Assembly (NCBI RefSeq): GCF_004010195.1
Contig: NC_057719.1
Location: 27,295,380 to 27,352,015, forward strand
Direction: 5' to 3'
DNA: 56,636 nt
Origin: Chiloscyllium plagiosum
Lineage: Eukaryota
Position numbers and translations under genes: made by a program. The notes beneath the pieces were generated by a model. It was not told the origin of the DNA, made no database searches, and worked only from the letters and a program-made list of their open reading frames with translations. Positions 13,522-26,368 of this stretch are shown in pieces (position 1 is the stretch's first letter; every line of letters begins with the position of its first letter).

Positions 13522-14154
13522 TGTTACGGACCAGTCCCCAAAATATACTAAGAAGATAGCCTAGACTCTAACTTTTTCTTAGTTTAAAGGTAGATGTAAG
13601 GTGTTGTGTTCTGGATGTAAAACTACAGATTTGACACACAACACACTTTATTCATACACTATAGTTAAAATACATCAAAAGAAGAAATTAGATTATCTTA
13701 ACTCTATCGGAAAGTCTAACAGAATAATAGATTATTTTACTACTAAACAGTAACTGTCCCAATATTGTAACATCCCATTAACGTGCCCTTGGCAAAAAGC
13801 AACTTCAGTAAAACAGACTTTCTCACATGCAATTCTAGCAACAGAAGGAAAAAGCATCAAGAAAAAACTCTGAGAGAGGGAGGAGGAGAGGGATGCATGC
13901 AGATTCCAAACCCAGTTTCAAGTCCCAGTAAAAACCACTCCTGTAAACTAAAAATCTAAAAGTCCGAGTTCTGTGGGATCTTGACCCCATCCATTCAGGC
14001 TGCTTCTATTGTTTCAACTTTAAAAACAAAACCCTCAAGTCCTCACAAGCTTCTTACTTTGTTGGCTTTGGAGTAGACTGTCGGCATTTCTGTTATAACC
14101 TTTCTTCATTAAAAAAAAGCAAAATACATCTCCTAAAGCTGTAATATTATCACA
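13522..14154 (-). mobile_element. Solo LTR with 4-bp TSD
   Basis: TGT...ACA termini flanked by CTAT at 13518-13521 and 14155-14158; AATAAA on the minus strand at ~13647. Confidence 0.75.
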
Positions 14155-14998
14155 CTATTGACACCATGCATGTGTACTATGCACTGCTTAAATGTTTGCA
14201 ATGCACAATCAAAACAGGTTCAGCTTTAAACTTGTAGTAGGCATGAAGAGTGGAACTGAAGGAAAACAGAAGGGAGGGCTTTGAAGAGGGGAAAATCGAT
14301 GGCTGTGGAGGAGGCAGCCTCTGAGGGGGGCCAGTGAAGAGGTGACTCACATTCCCATTCATAGCTTCCTTGCCTTCACAGCACCCATATCACAGATCCC
14401 TGTCCTCACAGATCCTTGTCCTCACTGGTCCCTATCCTCACAGACTCCATCCTCACTCTCCTTTCTGCTATCCTAACTCTCCCCAATGTCCTCCCTACCC
14501 CTTCACTCCCTCAGTACTCCTGTGTCGAACTCTATTTCCATAATGTGTTTCTGTTCTGCGCATTTATTTTGCATGAGCCATCAATGAAAATCCATGTAAT
14601 AATGTAATAATTTTGGACTGGCGCACACTTGTAGTTACAAGGATGCCGGATGTCAGTAGACTCTGGCTTAATCAAATCACTTCTTACTTTTCTAAACTTT
14701 TCCACACTCCAGTGAAAACCAGCGCCATCTATACAAACCCTTCCTCATCCGACAATCCATTCATACAAAGTTGTTGTTATGTGTCTTAAGAGTTTGGGAC
14801 CAGAATGTTTTTTTTTGGTTTTAATGGCTCATTCAATTTGGTAATACCATTTTGGATTCACATCAGTCTAGGATGTCATGTGTGTTTCCTCTTGAGTCAA
14901 GTGATCCATAGGCAGCCATCTTTTGTAGCCTTTGTGTTCAGTTTCTTATATATAAGGATTAGTTTTCAGTTCAGAAAACACTGAGGCATTACACTCAC

Positions 14999-15096
14999 CA
15001 ATCCTGATTCCAAACTATTCCAAATAAAAGGAACACAAGTGAATCCCCAGTTAATGCCTCCTCCTGGATTCAGATTGGCTGCTTGAATATCATAGC
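14999..15096 (-). CDS. Candidate internal coding exon (G)YDIQAANLNPGGGINWGFTCVPFIWNSLESGL
   Basis: Acceptor tgctccAG and donor TTG|GTGAGT; only one open frame (phase 1 to 0). An alternative acceptor starting the exon at 15121 adds INNYSNAP and gives phase 0 to 0. Confidence 0.55.
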
Positions 15097-17150
15097 CTGG
15101 AGCATTTGAATAATTATTTATCTCTGTTATATTAATTAAATTGGATCACAGACTGCCATATAATTGTATATGGAGGTTCCCTCAGCAGAGGCACTGTTAA
15201 ATGTTGTTTGGGAGGATCATATATAATTTTGGTATTTTTATCTACTATTGCTGCCCTCATAAACTTGAACATGTTTGAGTGAGGAGATGTCTCATTTTGC
15301 CAATCTGTACCAATGAAATCAGTGATTTGTGTAAAGCTATGTTTATGATTTGGCAATATAGTATTTTCCATAGCATTTTACCAAGTTTTTCAAAATCATG
15401 TCGTAAAATAAACTATGACGCTAATGAAATCCTATGGAAATACATGTTTACTTGGTGGAACAAATAAAAGATATATGGACTCTACACCTCACATAGTTAG
15501 AATGTTTATAAAAATTGTAATAAGTACATGGGAAATTATGTTTCTTGTGAAGAAAAAGACATCATGCCTACTCATGAATAATGGATTTTAGCTTCTAGGG
15601 AACTGCACAAGATAATCTGACAGCATCATGTTAAATTCAATAGTAAAGATGGAGAACATGCAAATAGCACGAACATTTTTTTTCAAATTGATCCCAAAAT
15701 AGCACACTAATTTAGTTTCCGACTCTTTCTCACAACTTTCCACTTGATATAAATGCAAGCTGGTTAAACAGTAGTTAGTTATCATGGTATCAGTGGAGGC
15801 TGTCTCTATCCGTGGAGAAATATTCTGAGGACAATTTTAGCCTTAAGTGCTTTGCAACTCCCACCCGTATCCCAGACCGAAGCACATAACTGGAGTCAAT
15901 GAGATTGCATGAAAATTATTTTTGGTATCGAGCTCCAGGAAACGGAATGGCAAAGTCATTTTTATTCTGTTCTCTGCCAGTAGCTTTGAAAGTGTTCGGT
16001 GGCAAGGGGTCCACAGAGTTCCTCAGAGACCTTCCAGCTTGTACTCCCACATGAATTTTACATTGGGAGAGGCTTTGGGGTTTCATGTTGATTACAATAC
16101 CGTGACTTCTTTTTTAATACCACGCGAGTTTGAGACAGTCAAGGTATTAATGCTTGAATGATCCATTCTCTACCCTTTTGCAGTCACATCACTCAGGGAT
16201 GTTCCATGGCTTAGACTGACCCACCCTCCCTTGTCTCAGTTGCAGCTCTTAAGTGTCCAATAAGAGGGCAGTTACCCAACCAGCCTCAATTCACCAGCTG
16301 GCAGGAGGAGTTCAACAGCAGCAAGGAAGTCAAGAATGTGACTCTTTTCAAGCTTCAGTCTCATGCTCTTAGACAGCCACCTCTTCCCACTTCCAAAGAC
16401 CTCGCTTTCATTCTCTGAGATGCCAAGATTAATTGGCCTGGGACTCCAGGACATCGTCTCTAAGGACTACTTGCAGTACCAGTCCTCTGCACTTCAATTT
16501 CTGGCCCTATTGTCAGAAGGGACCTTATTCCAAACTAGTTGGGTAACAACTCTCTGATACAGAACTTCCTCCAGAGGATTCAAAGTCCCATTTCCAGACG
16601 ATGAATGTTCCCTGGAGTGCTAAATGGCTGAGGTGCAGTCATGTGGCTGTACTGATGCTTTGTCCACCAACTCTTACAGATGGTGAGCTGGGACACACTG
16701 CCCTTCTGAAAAGTCCTAGCACAGGCCACTTTGACAGTGTAAATTGTAGAAACAAACCAAATTCTTTAAAATGGCAACTAATTTAACTTCCACTAAACCA
16801 TTTTCCCGCTTTAGTTTAGAACACAGTTAAGTGTTGAAAGTCAAAGTAGCAGACGTATTCTGAAATATTATAACTTATGCATATATCTCAAATGGAGAAT
16901 AAAATATATTACATTAAATAAAATAATGTTTCATTTTGCTTTGAATGTCAATAGAGTTGCACAAACCCATTCCCAATAGATAATTGGATTAACTGGAATC
17001 AGCCAAAAAATAAGGAAATAAAAATAATGAAGAGGAAGAAATAAACTAACAAGTATGACAGCTGCTCATTTTTAATTGTTCTCAAATGAGGCGTTATTCT
17101 GTCTAATTTTTCTCAGTTTGGACATAATGCGAGGAAAATTTTATATCCAT

Positions 17151-17451
17151 CATGGCGGCTCAATGGTTAGTACTGCTACCTCACAGCGCCAGGGACCCGG
17201 GTTCAATTCCTGCCCAGGGCGATTGTCTGTGTAGAGTTTGCACATTCTCCCCGGTTCTGTGTGGGTTTCCTCCCACAATCCAAAGCTGTGCAGATCAGTT
17301 GAATTGACCATGCTAAATTGTCCCATAGCGTTAGCTATATTAGCCAGGGGTAAGGGTCGGGTAGGGGCATGGGTCTGGGTGCGTTACTCTTTGGAGGGTC
17401 AGTGTTGGGCTGAAGGGCCTGTTTCCATACTGTAGGGAATCTAATCTAATC
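17151..17451 (+). mobile_element. tRNA-derived SINE (HE1/V-SINE type)
   Basis: A box ggctcaatggttag, B box gggttcaattcc (~17199), V-domain, tail gggcctgtttccatactgtaggg(aatct)n. Confidence 0.9.
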
Positions 17452-18190
17452 AATTGGAAAAGCTAGCAAAAACACAAGTTTGTTTGTGTATCACTATAGA
17501 TTATCAGTATAATATTAGTCTGCTGTATGTTATAACTGTTAACAGCAATGAGAAATTCAGCCTGGAGAGAAACAAAGTAAATCTTGCTCAGTGTGTATAC
17601 AGATAGTGAAAAATGATTTCAATTTTTCTTGTCTCTCTCAGATTCCTTCTTACTAAAGCAAATGATCATGTGTAGTTTGATTGTGTTATATTAATAAGGA
17701 GATTGGAGCTAGGAAGTGAGCAACAGGAGCATGGCACGAATAAAAGATCATTAATTCCCCCACTCTAACTTTTTTTTAATGTTTGATGCAAGAGCTCAGT
17801 CAGAATTAAGCAGATTTTGTGCTATTATTTCATGATCGTTATTATTTGTGCTCTTATTGTGTCTTATTGCTCATTGAGTGCAAGACAGAGATGGGAACCC
17901 CAGTTCATCAGAATTTATTGAGCTGTATTATGTATGTGAATGTAATACTCATGAGAGTTAGTTCAGAGCAAATTTAACTAGTTGGTATGTTAGACTTGCA
18001 TTTCATTGCTCACAGAAAAGGAACTATTTGTACTGTTTCTTTGTAGCTTCATCGTAGGATATAAAATTCTGTGTCACTCAAAAATTAACTTACTTCTGCC
18101 CTGGAGTCCATTTTAAATAGGTCACTTCAAATACGTAATGAAAATATTTTCTTCAATCCCATTCATTCACATCGCTTCACTCAGACTCAC

Positions 18191-18281
18191 TGCGTCTGTC
18201 AGGGAAGGCTTTTGGCCAGTTGGTGACAGAATATGCAAGTCATGTGTACAACAGGTAGACCATGCAGCACTACTACCTTCC
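18191..18281 (-). CDS. Candidate internal coding exon (W)EGSSAAWSTCCTHDLHILSPTGQKPSLTDA
   Basis: Strong acceptor ctctgacccttttgttttaatcccAG and donor GCA|GTGAGT; only the phase 2 to 0 frame is open, matching the phase-2 end of exon 35299-35423. Confidence 0.6.
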
Positions 18282-18829
18282 CTGGGATTAAAACAAAAGG
18301 GTCAGAGAAAGTAAAGACTTCACAATAATGGAAGCAGCTGGAGGCAAAGCAGTAAATGAAAACTTTATTCCTATTACAGGATATAAACCCCATAAAGAGA
18401 TTCATACTTTCCTTCTTTGTTCTAATGATGTGGAAGAGGTCAGAGGACTAAAAATAATTTCTGTGATAAATGGACTGATACAGCTTTAGGAACAATGCTG
18501 TCCGCAGTTTAAATCTAATGCTAATGCCAGTTAACAATATAATTTGGAAAAGCACAATACTTTGCCATTCATTAAAGCATCATCAAATCGCTTAGCCTGG
18601 AGTGAATTCACATAAGGCACCCTTATGGTTGGGGTGAATCAGGAGGAGAGTGGAGATTGGGGATGGATTCATGTCTGAGATACTTTCCATTCAATCTGTT
18701 CAGAGATATCATTATACATCTCTGGAGCAGATGGGTCTTGTATCAGCCTCCTGGCCCACACTGAGTGACACTACCACTGCACCACAAAGGTCACTCAGAT
18801 TCATGTCCAATGTCGAACATTTGAATTAG

Positions 18830-19210
18830 GTGCAGATGTCAGCCATTGGTTCCCTCTGTCCATTTCACTGTTCAATATTATCAGGTTCGGTTGTGTTTTG
18901 AATTCCACATTTCCAAATATCCCTGATAATCTTTGATTCCTCTGCCCAAGTAGAATTTAGCTATTTCTGCCTTAAAATTATTCAACACCACTGTCTCTAC
19001 AACATTCTGACTTAAAGTGTTCAAAGGTGGCACCACACATCAAGAGAAAACAAATATTCTGTGCTCTATGTCAAACTGCGATGCCTACATTTTAAACAAT
19101 GCTTCCTCGTCTGGCCTTACCATAATATGAAACATCCTTTCCATGTCCATCTTATCAAGACTTTTCAAGACACATATTTCAATCAAGCCACTCCTCATTC
19201 TTCTAAATAC
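18830..19210 (-). mobile_element. Old CR1 3'-end fragment
   Basis: Degenerate similarity to 13040-13400. Confidence 0.5.
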
Positions 19211-19214
19211 CACA

Positions 19215-19590
19215 GGTCAATTAGCCTAATGTTTGAATCAATTATTAAGGAAGTAATTGCAGAGCATTTGGAAAATCTTAATTTAATCAGCATCAGCATG
19301 GCTTCATGAAAGGGAAATTTAGGGGAAATATCAACCAGAGTGTGTTGTATCTGAACTTCCAGAAAATGTTCAATAAATAATCTCACAAAAGATTAATAAC
19401 TAGGAGGAAGAAAGTGAATGTACTGCAGCCAGATTTACAGACAAAACAAAAAGAGATGAAAAGGCAAGTTGTGAGAGAGATATAAACAAGTTACAGAGAG
19501 TTATTGATAGGGCAAATACGTGGGCAAGAAGTTGGCAAATTGAGGGAGAATGTGAAGTTGTTCATTTTGGAAGGGAGAACAAAAGAACCT
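19215..19590 (+). mobile_element. Old CR1 RT fragments
   Basis: ESIIKEVIAEHLEN...cagcatggcttcatgaaaggg (QHGFMKG); aatgtgaagttgttcattttgg (CEVVHFG). Confidence 0.65.
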
Positions 19591-19633
19591 TTACAGTGGT
19601 TAGGGAGGGTTTAAACAGACACGATAGGGCGTT

Positions 19634-20368
19634 GGGAACCAGAGGAGTAGGGCAGCAGGGATGGGAACGAGAGGAGTAGGGCAGCAGGGGGATGGGAAAC
19701 AGAGGAATAAGGCAGCAGGGGGATGGGAACTAGAGGAGTAGGGCAGCAGGGGGATGGGAATGAGAGGAATAGGGCAGCAGGGGGATGGTAACTAGAGTAA
19801 TAGGGCAGCAGGGGAATGGGAACCAGAGGAATAGGACAGCAGGGGGATGGGAACGAGAGGAGGAGGGCAGTAGTGGGATGGGAACCAGAGCAGGAGGGCA
19901 GCAGGGGGATGGGAACCAGAGCAGGAGGGCAGCAGGGGGATGGGAACCAGAGCAGGAGGGCAGCAGGGGGATGGGAACCAGAGCAGGAGGGCAGCAGGGG
20001 GATGGGAACCAGAGCAGGAGGGCAGCAGGGGGATGGGAACCAGAGCAGGAGGGCAGCAGGGGGATGGGAACCAGAGCAGGAGGGCAGCAGGGGGATGGGA
20101 ACCAGAGCAGGAGGGCAGCAGGGGGATGGGAACCAGAGCAGGAGGGCAGCAGGGGGATGGGAACCAGAGCAGGAGGGCAGCAGGGGGATGGGAACCAGAG
20201 CAGGAGGGCAGCAGGGGGATGGGAACCAGAGCAGGAGGGCAGCAGGGGGATGGGAACCAGAGCAGGAGGGCAGCAGGGGGATGGGAACCAGAGCAGGAGG
20301 GCAGCAGGGGGATGGGAACCAGAGCAGGAGGGCAGCAGGGGGATAGGAACAAGAGGAGTAGGGCAGGA
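19634..20368 (+). repeat. 31-bp G-rich minisatellite (GGGAACCAGAGCAGGAGGGCAGCAGGGGGAT)n
   Basis: 15 identical copies at 19880-20344, about 8 diverged copies upstream and a partial copy downstream. Confidence 0.97.
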
Positions 20369-20562
20369 GTTGCAAAAGTTGAGGGAGAGGTAGAGATCAA
20401 AGCAAACCTTACTAAGAACAAGAACAAGCGGGGAAACACAGCCGCAAAGAGAAATGCAGGTGGTCTGAAATACATGTGTTTCAATGCAAGAAGTATAGTA
20501 GGCAAACTAGATGAGCTTTGGTTGGTACTTGGAACAGTGACTTTACTGCAATTACACAGACG

Positions 20563-23500
20563 TATAGAGCTGTACAGCACAGAGGCAGGCTCTTCCGTTG
20601 AACCTGTCCATGCCGACCAGACATCCCAACCCAATCTCGTCCCACCTGCCAGCCCGGACTATATCCCTCCAAACCCATCCAGATGCCTCTTAAATGTTGC
20701 ATTGTACCAGCCTCCACCACATGCTCTGGCAGCTCATTCCATAACGTACCACCCTCTGCATGAAAAAGTTGCCCCTTAGGTCTCTTTTATATCTTTCCCC
20801 TCTCATCCTAAACTTATGCCCTCTAGTTCTGGACTCCCCCACCCCAGACTTTATCTATTTTTCTGATCCATGTCACACATGATTTTATAAACCTCTATAA
20901 GGTCATCCCTCAGCCTCTGACGCTCCAGGGAAAACAGCCCCAGCATGTTCAGCCTCTCCCTGTAGCTCAAATTCTCCAACCCTGGCAACATCCTTGTAAA
21001 TCTTTTCTGAACCCTTTCAAGTTTCACAGCATCTTTCTGATAGAAAGGAGACCAGAATTGGACACAATATTCCAACAGTGGCCGAACCAATGTCCTGTAC
21101 AGCCGCAGTATAATCTCCCAACTCTTGTACTCAATACTCTGACCAATAAAGGAAAGCATACCAAACGCCTTCTTCACTACTGAAAAATGTGTTGCTGGAA
21201 AAGCGCAGCAAGTCAGGCAGCATGAAGTAGGGCTTATGCCCGAAATGTCAATTCTCCTTGGATGCTGCCTGACCTGCTGCGCTTTTCCAGCAACACATTT
21301 TTCAGCTCTGATCTCCAGCATCTGCAGTCCTCACTTTCTCTTAGCCTTCTTCACTATCCTATCTACTGTGACTCCACTTTCAAAGTGCTATGAAACTGCG
21401 CTCCAAGGTCTCTTTGTTCAGCAACATTCTCTAGGACCTTACCATTAAGTGTATAAGTCCTACTAAGATTTGCTTTCCCAAAATGCAGCACCTCACATTT
21501 ATCTAAATTAAAGTCCGTCTGCCACTTCTCAGCCCATTAGCCCATCTGATCAAGACCTTGTTGTAATCTGAGGCAATCTTCTTTGCTGCCCATACACCTC
21601 CAATTTAGTGTCATGTGCAAACTTACTAATTATACCTCTTCTGCTCACATCCAAATCATTTGTATAAATGGCAAAAAGTTGTGGCACTCCACTGGTCACA
21701 GGACTCCAGTCTGAAAAACAACCCTCCACCACCACCCTCTGTCTTCTACCTTTGAGCCAGTTCTGTATCCAAATGGCTTGTTCTCCCTGTATTCTATGAG
21801 ATCTAACCTTGCTAACCAGTCTCCCATGGGGAACCTTGTCAAATGCCTTACTGATATACATATAGATCATGTCCACTGTTCTGCCCTCATCAATCCTCTT
21901 TGTTACTTCTTCAAAAAACTCGGTCAAGTTTGTGAGACATGATTTCCCATGCACATAGCCATGTTGACTATCCCTAATCAGTCCTTGCTTTTCCAAATAC
22001 ATGTAAATGCTGTCCCTCAGAATTCCCTCCAACAACTTGTCTACCACTGACATCAGGCTCACTGGTCTATAGTTCCCTGGCTTGTCCTTACCACACTTCT
22101 TAAGCAATGGCACCACGTTAGCCAAACTCCAGTCTTCCAGCACTTCACCTGTGACTATTGATGAAACAAGTATCTCAGCAAGGGGCCCAGCAATCACTTC
22201 CCGAGCTATCTGCAGAGTTCAAGGGTACACCTGGGGATTTACGAACTTTTATGCGTTTTAAGTCTTCCAGCACTTCCTTCTCTGTAAAACGGACATTTTT
22301 TTCAAGATGACACCATCTATTTCACCACATTCTATATCTTCCATATCCTTTTCCACAGTAAATACTGATGCAAAATACTCACTTATTATCCCCCCCATCT
22401 CCTGTGGCTTTGCACAAAGGCCCCCTTGCTGATCTTTAAGGGGCCCTATGCTCTCCTTAGTTACCCTTTTGTCCTTAATGTATTTGTTAAAGCCCTTTGG
22501 ACTCTTCTTAATTCTATTTGCCAAAGTTATCTCACGTCCCCTTTTTGCCCTCCTGATTTCCCTCTTAAGTATACTCCTACTGCCTTTGTACTCTTCGAAG
22601 GATTCACTCGATCTATCCTGTCTATACCTGACATATGCTTCCTTCTTTTTCTAAACCAAATTCTCAATTTCTTTAGTCATCCAGCATTCCCTATACCTAC
22701 CAGCCTTTCCTTTCACCCTGACAGGAATATACTGTTGCTGGACTCTCGTTATCTCACTTCTGAAGGCTTCCCATTTTCCAGTCGTCCCTTTACCTGCGAA
22801 CATTTGCCACTAATCAGCTTTTGAAAGTTAATGCCTAATACCGTCAAAATTGGCCTTTCTGAAAATTAGAACTTCAACTGTGAGATCTGGTCTATCTTTT
22901 CCATCACTATTTTAAAACTAATAGAATTCTAGTCGCTGGCCCCAAAGTGCTCCCCCATTAACACCTCAGTCACCTGCCCTGCCTTATTTCCCAAGAGTAG
23001 GTCAAGTTTTGCACCTTCCCTAGTAAGTACATGCACATACTGAATAAGAACATTTTTTTTTGTACACACTTAACAAATTCATCTCCATCTAAACCCTTAA
23101 CACTATGGCAGTCTCAGTCTATATTTAGAAAGTTAAAATTCCCTCCCATAATCACCCTATTATTCTACCAGATAACTGAGATCTCCTTACAGATTTCCCT
23201 CTGACTATTAGGAAGTCTATAATACAATCCCAATAAGGTGATCATCCCTTTCTTAATTCTCAATTCCACCCAAATGACTTCCCTGGATGTATTTCCGGGA
23301 ATATCCTCCCTCAGTACAGCTGTAATGCTATCCCTTATCAAAAACGCCACTCCCCCTGCTCTCTTGCCTCCCTTTCTATCCTTCCTGTAGCATTTGTATC
23401 CTGGCTGCCAGTCCTGCCCATCCCTGAAGCCTTGTTTCTGTAATTGCTATGATATCCCAGTCCCATGTTCCTAACCATGCCCTGAGTTCATCTGCCTTCT

Positions 23501-23600
23501 CTGTTAGGTCACTTGCATTGTAATAAGTGCAGTTTAATTTATCAGTCCTACCTTATTCTCTGCTTTGTCCCTGCTTGCCCTGACTGTTTGATTTACTTCC
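20563..23600 (-). mobile_element. CR1 LINE covering most of ORF2 (APE endonuclease + RT), nested antisense
   Basis: Minus-strand ORFs EVIWVEL...LYYRLPNS; EDWSLANVVPLLKK...NYRPVSL...QHGYVHGKSCLTNL...SKAFDKVPH...SKFAHDTK; LYRTLVRPLLEYCVQFWSP; 3' end at ~20563. Confidence 0.92.
21180..21343 (+). mobile_element. Penelope-derived fold-back mini-insertion with 13-bp TSD
   Basis: 44-bp inverted arms 21180-21223 and 21262-21305 (1 mismatch); loop gaagtagggcttatgcccgaaatgtc; TSD gccttcttcacta at 21167-21179 and 21344-21356. Confidence 0.85.
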
Positions 23601-24903
23601 CAAAAGCCAGTGGGAGATAGAGGATAGAATATGTAGTCGGATTTTGGAAAGCTGGAAAAACAGCAGGGTGATTTTACCTTCCCTGATATTGACAGGGACT
23701 CACAACGTGAAAGGAGTTTGGATGGGGCAAAATTTGTAAGGACTATTCAAGACAGCTTCTTGACACAACCAGGGAAAGGGTTACACTGGACCTTGTTTCA
23801 GGAAATAAGCCCAGCCAGGTGAGTGAAGTTTCAGTGGGGAGCATTTTGGGAATGGTGACCATAACACCGTGATTTTTAATGTAATCATGGATAGGGATAA
23901 CAACAGTCATCAGGTAAAGGTGTTATACTGGGGAAAGGCAAACTACAACAATATTAGGCAGGAACTATAAAATTTTCATTGGGGGGCTGTTTGAGGGGAA
24001 ATCCACATCGGACATGTGGGAGTATTTCAAACGGCAGTTGATAAGAGTTCAGGAATGGCACATTCCTGCAAGATTGAAGGATAGATGTGGCACATTATGT
24101 GATCCTTGCATGACCTTGGTCAGAAAGAAAAAGGAAGCATATGTAAGGTCTAGGAGGATGGGAACTGACGAAGTCCTTGAAGTGTAGACAATAGACAATA
24201 GACAATAGGTGCAGGAGTAGGCCATTCTGCCCTTCGAGCCTGCACCACCCTTCAATATGATCATGGCTGATCATCCTTAATCAGTATCCTGTTCCTGCCT
24301 CATTTCCATAACCCTTGATTCCACTATCCTTGAGAGCTCTCGCCAACTCTTTCTTAAATGAATCCAGAGACTGGGCCTCCACTGCCCTCTGGGGAAGAGC
24401 ATTCCACACAGCCACCACTCTCTGGGTGAAGAAGTTTCTCCTCTCATCTCTGTCCTAAATGTTCTACCCCGTATTTTTAAGCTGTGTCCTCTGGTTCAGC
24501 ACTCACCCATCAGCAGAAACATGTTTCCTGCCTCCAGAGTGTCCAATCCTTTAATAATCTTATATGTCTCAATCAGATCCCCTCTCAGTCTTCTAAACTC
24601 AAAAACAAACCCAGTCGCTCCAGTCTTTCAGCATAAGGTAGTCCCGCCATTCCAAGAATTGACCTCGTGAACCTACGCTGCACTCCCTCAATAGCCAGAA
24701 TGTCTTTCCTCAAATTTGGAGACCAGAACTGCACACAGTACTCCAGGTGTGGTCTCTCTAGGGCCCTGTACAGCTGCAGAAGAACCTCTTTGCCTCTATA
24801 CTCAATCCCTCTTGTTATGAAGACCAGCATGGTATTAGCCTTCTTCACTACCTGCTGTACCTACATGCTTACCTTCATTGACTGGTGTACAAGAACAACC
24901 AGA

Positions 24904-26368
24904 ATGACTAGGGTAGGAATAGGTCCAGTCAAGGATAGTAGTGGGAAGTTGCGTGTGGAGGCTGAAGAGATTGGGGAGACTCTGAATGAATACTTTTCGT
25001 CAGTATTCACTCAGGAACAGGACATTGTTGCCAATGTGAATATTGAGTCACAATTAATTAGAATGGACGGCTTTGAGGTATGTAGGGAAGAGGTGTTGGA
25101 AATTCTGGAAAGGGTGAAATAGATAAGTCCCCTGGGCCTGATGGCATTTATCCTAGGATTCTCTGGGAAGCAAGGGAGGAGATTGCAGAGCCATTGGTCT
25201 TGTCTACAGGAATAGTGCCAGCTACAGGAGTAGTGCCAGAAGATTGGAGGCTAGCAAACGTGGTTCCCTTGTTCAAGAAGGGGAGTAGGGATAACCCTAG
25301 TAACTATAGGCCGGTGAGTCTCACTTCTGTTGTGGGCAAAATCTTAGAGAGAATTGTAAGGGATAGGATTTATGAACATCTGGATAGGAATAAGGTGATT
25401 AAGGATAGTCAGCATGGTTTTGTGAAGGGAGGTCGTGCCTCACAAACCTTATTTAATTCTTTGAGAAGGTGACTAAGGTGTTAGACAAGGGTAAAGCGGT
25501 AGATGTGGTGTATATGGATTTTAGTAAGGCGTTTGATAAGGTTCCCCATGGTAGACAACTGCANNNNNNNNNNNNNNNNNNNNNNNNNNNNNNNNNNNNN
25601 NNNNNNNNNNNNNNNNNNNNNNNNNNNNNNNNNNNNNNNNNNNNNNNNNNNNNNNNNNNNNNNNNNNNNNNNNNNNNNNNNNNNNNNNNNNNNNNNNNNN
25701 NNNNNNNNNNNNNNNNNNNNNNNNNNNNNNNNNNNNNNNNNNNNNNNNNNNNNNNNNNNNNNNNNNNNNNNNNNNNNNNNNNNNNNNNNNNNNNNNNNNN
25801 NNNNNNNNNNNNNNNNNNNNNNNNNNNNNNNNNNNNNNNNNNNNNNNNNNNNNNNNNNNNNNNNNNNNNNNNNNNNNNNNNNNNNNNNNNNNNNNNNNNN
25901 NNNNNNNNNNNNNNNNNNNNNNNNNNNNNNNNNNNNNNNNNNNNNNNNNNNNNNNNNNNNNNNNNNNNNNNNNNNNNNNNNNNNNNNNNNNNNNNNNNNN
26001 NNNNNNNNNNNNNNNNNNNNNNNNNNNNNNNNNNNNNNNNNNNNNNNNNNNNNNNNNNNNNNNNNNNNNNNNNNNNNNNNNNNNNNNNNNNNNNNNNNNN
26101 NNNNNNNNNNNNNNNNNNNNNNNNNNNNNNNNNNNNNNNNNNNNNNNNNTTACGAGGGGGCATAGTTTTAAATTAAGGGGTGGTAGGTATAGGACAGATG
26201 TTAGGGGTAGATTCTTTACTCAGCGAGTCGTGAGTTTATGGAATGCCCTGCCAGTAGCAGGCATATGGAGGATAGTGGGCTAGTGTAGGTTAGGTGGGCT
26301 TGGATCGGCGCAACATCGAGGGCCAAAGGGCCTGTACTGCGCTGTATTTTTCTATGTTCTATGTTCTA
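24904..26368 (+). mobile_element. 5'-truncated CR1 (third subfamily) containing an assembly gap
   Basis: LNEYFSSVFT, EDWRLANVVPLFKKG...YRPVSLTSVVGK, DVVYMDFSKAFDKVPH; (CTATGTT)n tail at ~26352-26368. Confidence 0.9.
25564..26149. other. Assembly gap (586 N)
   Basis: Run of n characters. Confidence 1.

Noticed and set aside
17151..17222. tRNA gene
   Set aside because: The A and B boxes belong to a SINE head that continues into the V-domain and a LINE-derived tail.
19611..20779. Five long ORFs (176-280 aa), Pro/Cys-rich or Gly/Gln-rich
   Set aside because: Artefacts of the stop-free 31-bp minisatellite; the unit is not a multiple of 3 and frames are open on both strands.
25453..26176. 220-236 aa ORFs
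   Set aside because: They read through the N gap.
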